Assembly: GCF_009914755.1 (NCBI RefSeq)
Contig: NC_060925.1
Length of the DNA: 64,000 bases
Strand: one strand, 5' to 3'
Source of the DNA: the human T2T-CHM13v2.0 reference genome, Homo sapiens
Shown here: in pieces, positions 51,898-64,000 of the stretch
Numbering within the stretch: position 1 is the first letter of the stretch
Layout of the letters: every line of letters begins with the position of its first letter
Notes under the pieces: generated by a model
Databases searched by the model: none
Told to the model about the DNA's origin: nothing
Seen by the model: only the letters and a program-made list of their open reading frames with translations
Position numbers and translations under genes: made by a program

Positions 51898-52697
51898 TCT
51901 AAGTATTTATTTTAAAATTAATTCATTCCACACACATTTATTAATATTTTCCTGTAAGGAACTTTACTCATCTTTAAAATGGGGAATGTCATACCTGCCT
52001 AATGACATTCTTGTAAGGATTAAATAAAAGGTATAAGGAAGATAAGCACCCTTTTGGAGTGATCCAGCCAGGGGAAAATTGCTGATGCAAGAGAGGAAAT
52101 GAGTTGCTAGAGTGGTGTTGTGAGTAGAGGAGGGGAGCTGAGGCCTGCCCAAGAAGGGGGCTTGGCTGTGGTAACCACATGGCTAGGTCTGTGTGACTGG
52201 AGGAGAGGACGGGGCAGGTGGACTGGTAGATGTGCAGCTTGTGCCCCTGATTCTCTAGTTTCTTCTGTGTTTTGAGATTTGATGAGAACGATGAAATAGT
52301 TGTCTGGAAGGAGAGGAGTGTGAATAGCATATGCATTGTATTGGGATTGCTGGTCTTCCTGAAATTGGTGGCCATGAATTTAAAGTGAGACTCTTCAAGT
52401 AGGGTTGTTATAGTACTGGTGTAAAGCAGGAAGGTGCTTTACTAGGGTTGCAGTACTACTGGGGAAGGGCCAAGAGAGTTGAGGGTGTAAGAAATCCAAG
52501 CCAGGTAATGTAGTTATTTTAAAGGAGAGTGGAAGGATGGTTGAGTCAATGGATTGGAGGTCCTATAGGGTAAGAGACTTTCTGAGGATCACAGATACTG
52601 ATTGGAATGAGCTAAAAAGATAGGTGATGGTAGTCCTGGACTGGGATGCTGGAAATTGAGATAGTGGGTGTGCTCTCTGGTAGTGACAAAGTCTAGA

Positions 52698-53265
<568 letters not shown>

Positions 53266-53781
53266 CCTGGATAGGGTCATGGGAGGGGAACTGAGCTGGG
53301 GAAAGGAGTGGGTTTGTGGAAGAGGTGATGGACTGTGAGGCCAGGGAGTTAGAAGGATTATCTGTTGATACTGAAGTGGCCACAAATGAGAAAAGTAATT
53401 GTGTTGGGGAGAGCGCTGATGAACGCAGCGCTAACGTTTTGAAGGAATGCGAGGGAGCGATGGGGGTCTGTCTGTTAATAGGCACAAGGTACGGTAGCAG
53501 GTGGTCTCATCCTCGGGCATGAGTGTCCAGCAAGTTGGGGAAATGCAACAGCTTGAAGTGGCTCTAGTGGCCCAGAGTCAGAGCTGGAATAGGAATTGGC
53601 ATCTGCTGGCTGTGTGGCCCCTGCTTGCCCTAGTGAGTTACCATTTCTCTGTCCCTACGGTGGAGCCTTTGGGGTTATTGTGAGTTCATGGGAGGAGCGT
53701 GTAAGCACCGGCACAGCATCAGCCCATGAGAGTGCTCCTGGCCTGAGAGGGTAAGGGTCAGGGCAGCTCAGGAGACCCTAG

Positions 53782-54075
<294 letters not shown>

Positions 54076-54122
54076 TAATGTTTCTTTCATGGGCTTTCCT
54101 CTTAAAAAGTAGTGCAGGCTAG

Positions 54123-54552
54123 GGCCAGGCGCAGTGGCACACATAAGTGATTAAAAATCTTCTGGCCACTAAAAAACAGAAATTAATTTTAGTAATATAC
54201 TTAACCCAATATCCAAAACATTACAATTTCAACATGAAATCAGTGTAAAAAAGCAAGGCTGGGTGTGGTGGCTCACACCTGTAATCCCAACACTTTGGGA
54301 GGCTGAGGTGGATGGATCACTTGAGGCCAGGAGTTTGAGACCAACCTGGTCAACGCAGTGAAACCCCATTCTACTAAAAATACAAAAATTAGCCGAGTGT
54401 GCTGGCAAATGCCTATAATCCCAGCTACTCAGGTGGCTCAGGCATGAGAATTGCTTGCACCTGGGAGGCTGAGGTTGCAGTGAGCCGAGATTGCATCACT
54501 GCATTACAGCCTGGGCAACAGAGTGAGACTCAGTGTCCAAAAAAAAAAAAAA
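54123..54552 (+). mobile_element. Sense Alu whose 5' end carries an inserted MER33 segment (54139-54253)
   Basis: TSD AAAAAGTAGTGCAGGCT at 54104-54120 and 54548-54564; Alu start appears twice (54123, 54257). Confidence 0.85.
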
Positions 54553-55364
54553 GTAGTGCAGGCTTGTGGCATAGAAATACACTTTCTCAATAATGCCTTA
54601 CGTTAAGAGAGTACTGCTTGTAATCATTTGACATGTATTAGATAAGGTGAAGGATAAAGTACTAAGAGAATCCATAATGCACTGGCGTTAGTATTTCTCA
54701 ATGAAATGACAGTCCCCTGGTAAGCGGAGGCCTGGCTCTGACAAGCAGCTCTTGTCCCAGACGTTGGTCAGTCAGGAACCTGGGTCCTTCCCATGTTCTG
54801 CTGCTTCTATGGTGAGGTCAGTCTGTGGTTACACCAAGTTTAAATACAGCCTTTTAACTTTCTTTTTTATATGTAAAATCTTACATGTAGTTTTTAGAAT
54901 GAAATTATTATACATGTACCATTTCATATCCTGTGCCTTTTTTTCACTTTACATAACATTTTTCCCTATCAGTATGTGTAGGGCTATCTTCTCATTATAT
55001 GGATATATTATATCAGTGCCCTAGTTAAAGCATTTTGGGGGTTGTTTACAATTTTTCATTATTACATATAGAACTATAGTGAAAATTCTTGTTATATTTA
55101 TCACTGGTCAGTTATATAGAACTTATCTGTAGGATAAGTCATGGAATTGAAATGGCTAGGTCACAGTATATGCAGATTTTTCATTTTAATAGATTTTGCT
55201 GGATTGCCTTCCAGTGAGGGGGCAGTGTGCCTTCCCCATCAAAAGTGTTGAGTGCCTAATTCTGCACAACTTTGCAAACCCTGGGTGTTACTAAATTTTA
55301 ACAGCTTGGTCTCTGGGGGTACAGAGGGGACAAATGCACATTAATCTGAAATCTGGAAGAATAG

Positions 55365-55607
<243 letters not shown>

Positions 55608-55894
55608 TAATTTTTGTATTTTAGTAGAAACGGGGTTTCACCATATTGGCCAGGCTGGTCTCAAACTCCTGACCTCGTGATCCGCCCACCTCAGCCTCCC
55701 AAAGTGCTGGGATTACAGGCGTGAGCCACCGCGCCTGCCATGTGCCTGCATTTTTCTAGGGGGAGAATCTCACTTGATGTCACCTGATATACAGAGGGGC
55801 CCATTGGAACCCGCATTGCACAACATCCTGGAGTCTGGCTACTCCACGCTTTGGGAGCAGGGAGGGCTGTTGGCAGAGACCATCTGTGGACTAG

Positions 55895-56188
<294 letters not shown>

Positions 56189-56887
56189 TGAGGTTTTGAG
56201 TGTGTGCTAGGCACTGGGACAGTACCTTTTCAGGCTTCATCCCATTCTCCCTTTCTTCCTCCTCCTCCTCCTTGGGAGGAGAGTAATGTTATTCCTCATA
56301 GATAAAAAACAGGTGTGGAGAAGAGACTCACTTACAGCCACACAGCCCCAGGTCCACAGTGCCTTGTCCCAAATGACTGGGCCAGGCATCTTTTGGAATT
56401 AGAACTATCCACATTTTAGAATGGAGGTACATGTATGGACTGTGTGTTATATAGCACCCTCAGCAGGGCCTTGGGGAAGCCAGACACATTAATGTATTTA
56501 TGCAGTAGAACTTCCAAATACTCACCTACATTATGGGCTTACAATGATGCAGGTCAAGTCTGGCTGCCAGCTTATGACAATTTCCATTTTCAGAACTTTG
56601 TAGAATTTGGAATTGCAGGGGAGGGGTGTACCTGTGATCAGTGATGGACTCCAGAGACTGTGTCCACTGATTCCTTGCTGCTCCTGCCACTCAAAAGGCA
56701 GAATTTATCAGGCTGGGCGTGGTGGCTCATGCCTGTAATCCCAACACTTTGGGAGGCCAAAGCGGGCGGATCACCTGAGGTCAGGAGTTCAAGACCAGCC
56801 TGGCCAACATGGTGAAACCCTGTCTCTACTAAAAATACAAAAAATTAGCCAGGTGTGGTGGTGCACGGCTGTAGTCCCAGCTACTCA

Positions 56888-57112
<225 letters not shown>

Positions 57113-58162
57113 TCATCATGAGAAGGGAGACCTGCAGCCCCCTTACAGGGCTGGCAGAGGACCTGCTCTGGATTAGGCCCTTTCCTAGCCCCTGGGGTGT
57201 GGCAGTGGGTGAGACCGGGAAGATCTGCCCTCTTAGGTTCATAGGCCAAAGTGATGATCGTGTGTGCAGGACCTAGAGGGCGCTCCCCTGACCCACCCCT
57301 TTCCTTGCCATACTTCATCCTCTGGGAACAAAGCTGCTTGTTTGGTTTGAGGGGAGTTGGTTTGGTTCTTATCCCTCAGCGCTGAGACATAGAGGCTTCC
57401 TGGGCCACTACAGTGAGACACGAACTTCAAGAATCTGAATACCCCCGTTTTCTCTCCCCGCCAAGGCAAAAAAGGACTTAGTACTACCTGTGGAGAAGGA
57501 GGTGCAGGACTACCAGGCCCTGCTGCTTTGCATTTACAGCCCTCCCCAGACAGACACAGGCACCCTCATCATACCCAAACTGGACTTACCTGCTAGGCAC
57601 CTTCCCTTCCCCATCCAAAAAAATGGAGTTATTTTCCCTTATTTCAGCAAGTCCAGTTGATTTTACCTTTGAAGTAGCACCTGAGTCCTTCACCTTCTCT
57701 CCATCCCTTCTCTCTCACCTGACACAGGTCTGCAGCGCTCCTCTAGTAGGCAGGACAGCCATTCCTTGGGGATGCACATGTCTAGTCTTTGCCTAGATAT
57801 GGCAAGTCTTTGCCAACTGAGCTAGGCTGTTATGTTCTTAGAGGCATTGTTTTTGCCCATTCTTCCCATTTACAAGAGAATCAGGGACACAGAAGTGAGG
57901 GCTTCCAGCCCCATAGGTGATCAATCCTGGGGTCAGAGATTTGAGTGTGTTTATTGCTTGCCTTCTTGGGAGCAGATTCCATCCATAAACCATGTGCTTA
58001 CCAAGGTCTGACTCACTGGGAGAGAAACGACGTGAGGTTGGAAAGCTGACCTTCCAGAGACTTGGGGCCCATGTTGTGTGGTACACATGGGAGTCCATCA
58101 TATCAGATTGAGATGGGGGGCTGGGCAAAGTGCCCTGGTCTGTGGCTGTGGGGCTACCCTGA

Positions 58163-58555
<393 letters not shown>

Positions 58556-58558
58556 TAG

Positions 58559-58633
58559 CTCCTGAAAGAGGCAGTAGAGTCCCAGAGGATGTGTGAGCTG
58601 ATGAAGCAGCAAGAGACCCACCTGAAGCAACAG
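58559..58633 (+). CDS. TXLNA: Alpha-taxilin exon 8 (LLKEAVESQRMCELMKQQETHLKQQ)
   Basis: ggaaatag / CAG|gtgaga; 75 nt; needed for the 546-aa total. Confidence 0.94.
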
Positions 58634-58974
58634 GTGAGAGCATATAACCTGACCCTGTGCCTTCAAGTTTCCCTCACTGGGCCCCATCCTGGGGGTAGTG
58701 AAATGGGACCCTCATTCTAGGACTGGCTGTGTCCTGGCTGCTATGACGCCTTGGTTGAGCCTTTGTTCTCTCCGGACCTGCACAGTACCTATGTGGTGGT
58801 GACCAGGTAGTTAGGTGGGCTCAGAGGACTTCATTTGTAGCTCAGAAATGTATTGCTTTTGAGGAGGTAGGAACAGAAGAGTTTGAAAATCAACATAAAG
58901 GCAAAATAAAAGTCACCCTAAGTCTCCTACTTTCCAGGCTTAGCATTTTGGATTATATCCTTCCAAATATATAG

Positions 58975-59566
<592 letters not shown>

Positions 59567-59609
59567 TGACTAGCTGGAATTACAGGCGCGTGCCACCATG
59601 CCTGGCTAA

Positions 59610-59807
<198 letters not shown>

Positions 59808-59966
59808 TGAGGTGGCACAGAGGGCATTGACTGCATCCTGTAATGCCTTGCGCCTTGGGATCAATCATTCCCCACCTTGGAGACACAGGTGCAGTCCCCA
59901 CCTTGGAGACACAGACCTTGGAGAGGCCAGCTCTGACCATTTCCTTCTGTCTGTCACATAACCTAG

Positions 59967-60062
59967 ATGACTAAGAAGATCAAGAAGCTGGAGAAAGAAA
60001 CCACCATGTACCGGTCCCGGTGGGAGAGCAGCAACAAGGCCCTGCTTGAGATGGCTGAGGAG
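59967..60062 (+). CDS. TXLNA: Alpha-taxilin exon 10 (MTKKIKKLEKETTMYRSRWESSNKALLEMAEE)
   Basis: acctag / GAG|gtgggc; 96 nt. Confidence 0.96.
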
Positions 60063-60803
60063 GTGGGCTGTCTGTGATCTGCAGCCAGGGTGGGGGTGTG
60101 CACTTAGCGCATATCAGGCCCTTTCCTGTATGTTCTACCCATCAGTGACACAGCTAGCATGAGGTAGAGGTGAGATTTGCACACAATGTCCAAGTCCAAA
60201 GTTAATGCTGTTCTCTCCCCATGGGAGGTGGTGAGCCCAGTGGTAGGTCTCCAGTGGGAGTGAAGGGAGCAAATGGAAGAAAGGAATAAAAGAGCAGAAA
60301 AAAACGGGTGCCAGTGATGTGCCTGGTTTACATGTAAAGCAGCCCAGGTAGTTTGTGATTTCACAGCTTGTAATGTAGAAGAAAGGAACTAACGATGGAG
60401 CAGCAACTGCAAGCCAGACCTTGCTGAAAGTTTTTGGGTTTTTTTTGTCTTTTTTGCTGCTGAATGTTTTTAGGTACGTTGTTCATTGAACCTTCTCTTG
60501 AGCTCTGAGGATGGTATTAGTAGTCCTGTTTTATAGATGAGACAGGCTCAAAAGTCAAGTCCTTTGCCAAGGTCACGTGGTAGATAAATGGAGGAATACG
60601 TTATCTCCAAGCCGTGCCCCTTTTCTGCACCATGCTGCCCCACCTGACAGCCTAGTCATGGCTTCAACTAGGACTGTTTCCTAGAGGGGGCCAGCTTTGG
60701 ACTCGGTCTGCTCTCAGCCTTGTTAAAGTGTTTGCCGCCAAGTGGTGATGGTAAGTGGGAGGTTGATGGGGCACGGCACTGAAGGTCTCATTTCTTTCCC
60801 TAG

Positions 60804-61097
60804 AAAACAGTCCGGGATAAAGAACTGGAGGGCCTGCAGGTAAAAATCCAACGGCTGGAGAAGCTGTGCCGGGCACTGCAGACAGAGCGCAATGACCTGA
60901 ACAAGAGGGTACAGGACCTGAGTGCTGGTGGCCAGGGCTCCCTCACTGACAGTGGCCCTGAGAGGAGGCCAGAGGGGCCTGGGGCTCAAGCACCCAGCTC
61001 CCCCAGGGTCACAGAAGCGCCTTGCTACCCAGGAGCACCGAGCACAGAAGCATCAGGCCAGACTGGGCCTCAAGAGCCCACCTCCGCCAGGGCCTAG
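60804..61097 (+). CDS. TXLNA: Alpha-taxilin terminal coding exon 11 (KTVRDKELEGLQVKIQRLEKLCRALQ...EPTSARA*)
   Basis: ccctag acceptor; LCRALQ motif; TAG 61095-61097; total CDS 1641 nt = 546 aa. Confidence 0.97.
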   Translation, partial: KTVRDKELEGLQVKIQRLEKLCRALQTERNDLNKRVQDLSAGGQGSLTDSGPERRPEGPGAQAPSSPRVTEAPCYPGAPSTEASGQTGPQEPTSARA

Positions 61098-64000
61098 AGA
61101 GCCTGGTGTTGGGTCATGCTGGGAAGGGAGCGGCAGCCCAGCCAGGCCTGGCCCATAAAAGGCTCCCATGCTGAGCAGCCCATTGCTGAAGCCAGGATGT
61201 TCTGACCTGGCTGGCATCTGGCACTTGCAATTTTGGATTTTGTGGGTCAGTTTTACGTACATAGGGCATTTTGCAAGGCCTTGCAAATGCATTTATACCT
61301 GTAAGTGTACAGTGGGCTTGCATTGGGGATGGGGGTGTGTACAGATGAAGTCAGTGGCTTGTCTGTGAGCTGAAGAGTCTTGAGAGGGGCTGTCATCTGT
61401 AGCTGCCATCACAGTGAGTTGGCAGAAGTGACTTGAGCATTTCTCTGTCTGATTTGAGGCTCAGACCCCTCCCTGCCCTTCAGAGCTCAAGACAAGTAAT
61501 ACACCCAGGTCTTGACTGCATTTGTCTTGTGAGCAGGGCTTGCTTGGTCAGCTCAGGCCCTCCTAGCTGCTCTGGAGGCTCCTTTGATTCTCTAGACCTG
61601 GAAAAGGTGTCCCTAGGCAGAGCCCTGGCAGGGCGCTCAGAGCTGGGGATTTCCTGCCTGGAACAAGGGACCTGGAGAATGTTTTTGCGTGGGATGATGT
61701 GCTGGTCAGGAGCCCCTTGGGCATCGCTTCCCCTGCCCTTTGGTAGTGCCAGGACCAGGCCAATGATGCTTCTCAGTAGCCTTATCATTCACAGGTGCCT
61801 CTCTAGCCTGCACAAATGATTGACAAGAGATCACCCAAAGGATTATTTCTGAAGGTGTTTTTTTCTTTATTTCTTTTTCTTTTTTTTTTTTTTTCTTTTT
61901 CTTTTTTTTTTGCACATGACAGTGTTTGTATTGAGGACCTTCCAAGGAAGAGGGATGCTGTAGCAGTGGTGCCTGGGTGCCTGGCCTCCAGTGTCCCACC
62001 TCCTTCACCACCCCACTTGGCTCCTTTGCCATCTTGATGCTGAGGTTTCCTGTTTGGTGAGATCAGGTTGTTTGTGGTAAAAGAAAGGAAAGGGCTTCTG
62101 ATGGCTTTGCCACAAGCTTACCTGTGGGTTTCAGTCCTGAGAGGCCACCACCAGTTCCCATCAGCACTGTCTCCATGCAGCAGTTGCTGGGTCCCATGTC
62201 CAGCTGCCTCTTTGGCTTCATGGGTTTTTCTGCTTCCTGCCCCCACCCCCACATGTGCAATCCTCAAGATTTGTCCTGATTCTATTTCCTGGCACCTCCC
62301 TGCCTGTCCTTGGGGATTCTACTTCTTCCTGTGTGGGAGCCCATAGCTGTTGTCTAACAGGTAAGAAATGAAATTGAACTATTGACTGGGCCCCAGAAAT
62401 CCATAAAATGGCTGCAGACAGTTGTTTCTGTGTCCTGTTCTACCCCCACTCCAGTACATAACTACTATGTACTGTGTAGAGCCATTCTATATGCTGAATG
62501 TTCTGCTGTTGCAAACTTGCCAGGGTATTAGCCAGTGTTTGTGCCAAGCAGTTTTCTGGGACAACAGAATGACTCAGACCAAGATGGATAGGATGGTTAG
62601 GGCTTTGCTTCTTGCTGTTTTTCTTTGAAGCTAGTTCATTGTCCTGCAGGTCCCTTCATCTTCCATACCTAGCCCACTCTTTTAGCCCTTACCTTAAATC
62701 TCTCAGATAAGTTGGTTCACAAAGAATGTTAAGTACTGAATCATGTGTGACTGAGACCAGAGATGGCAAATGAATGGCACACCATTTCTCCTTCTCCTGC
62801 CCCAGGGCAGGTACCACTGATCTGCATCAGAGTTGCCTGCTATTCTCTGGTGTATCCTTCACATCTAGGTGCCCTCAAGCAGCTGTGTGAGTGTTGAGAT
62901 CTCTGCCATCTCTGGCTGAGATACTGCTGTCCTGTGAAGTGTTTCCCATGACCTTTTTCTTCCCCTTTGAATCCCTCTGTCTGGAGTAGTCCTTGCCTCT
63001 TCCTGCTCCAGTAGGGCCTTTTCCCTACCCCAGCCCCTGTGCCAGGCTAAGCTGGTACAAGAGCTGCCAACCTCACAGAGTGTTTGCTAGGCGAGAGAGG
63101 TGCAGGGAAGAGGCAGAGGTATGCACCTTCCCCCTTGAAGAGAGGGGAAAGGCCTACAGTGGCCCACATAATTGCCTGACTCACACTTCAGCTACCTCTT
63201 AATGCCTGTGGAGGGACTGGAGCTGCTGGATCCCAGTGTGGTGGTGTAGGAGGCCACAGTGAGCAGGTGGCCCCAGCTGGGTTTCCCAGGTCAGGAATGT
63301 GGGCCCCAGGCAAGGTGCAGCCTTTGCTCACAGCTCCATCCATGTCTAGACCTTCAGGCCAGTCTGCAGATGAGGTTCCCTACCTTTTTCTTCTCTTCAT
63401 TGACCAAATCAACCAATCACTACAGCTGCTCTGCTTCTGCTTTCCAAAGTAGCCCAGGTCCTGGGCCAGATGCAGGGGAGGTGCCTATCCATGAGTGAAG
63501 GCCAGTGTCTTCCTCACCTGGGTGGGTCCCACACTTGTGACCTCAGTTTTAGGACCAAGATCTGTGTTGGTTTCTTAGATTGCTAGCTTTTCCTCCAGGG
63601 GACCACAGCAGGTGAAGCTCAAGAGCGCATGGCTCTGCTAATAGTAAATTGTTTTCAGGGCCTTGTCCAGCTGAGAGCTTCATGTCCACCAGATTCTGAG
63701 AGGTGTCAGCAGCACTTTTTTTTTTTATTTGTTGTTTGTTTTCCATGAGGTTATCGGACCATGGGCTGAGCTCAGGCACTTTCTGTAGGAGACTGTTATT
63801 TCTGTAAAGATGGTTATTTAACCCTCCTCCACCCCATCACGGTGGCCCTGAGGGCTGACCCGGAGGCCAGTGGAGCTGCCTGGTGTCCACGGGGGAGGGC
63901 CAAGGCCTGCTGAGCTGATTCTCCAGCTGCTGCCCCAGCCTTTCCGCCTTGCACAGCACAGAGGTGGTCACCCCAGGGACAGCCAGGCACCTGCTCCTCT
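61098..64000 (+). other. TXLNA: TXLNA 3'UTR, continuing beyond the window
   Basis: Repeat-free sequence after the stop; no canonical AATAAA noticed before the window end. Confidence 0.75.

Overview
Primate (very probably human) genomic DNA, recognised from the translated exons as the KPNA6-TXLNA locus (human 1p35). The window opens inside the long, Alu/L1-dense first intron of KPNA6 (importin alpha-7). It then holds KPNA6 coding exons 2-14 (20486-36791, + strand, all GT-AG). With the 4 coding nt expected in exon 1, which is outside the window, they sum to 1611 nt = 536 aa. A ~5.7 kb 3'UTR with several poly(A) signals follows. About 3 kb further on, a CpG-island promoter drives TXLNA (alpha-taxilin): a non-coding exon 1, ten coding exons (46243-61097, 1641 nt = 546 aa) and a 3'UTR that runs off the window. 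Nearly all other ORFs in the track are Alu/L1 artefacts. No tRNA, rRNA or CRISPR was seen. I found no new multi-gene system. The most interesting signals are about RNA processing. (1) The polypyrimidine tract of constitutive KPNA6 exon 11 appears to be donated by an antisense L1 that inserted at the exon start and duplicated the acceptor. (2) A locally copied MER33+Alu inverted repeat mirrors itself around the symmetric TXLNA exon 5. (3) A 44-bp-arm hairpin with no recognisable repeat origin sits in KPNA6 intron 12. (4) A KPNA6 exon 13 to TXLNA exon 2 read-through splice would be in frame. (5) A candidate alternative first coding exon of KPNA6 lies at ~8.8-8.9 kb. Repeat subfamily names come from recalled consensus sequences, and repeat boundaries are approximate.
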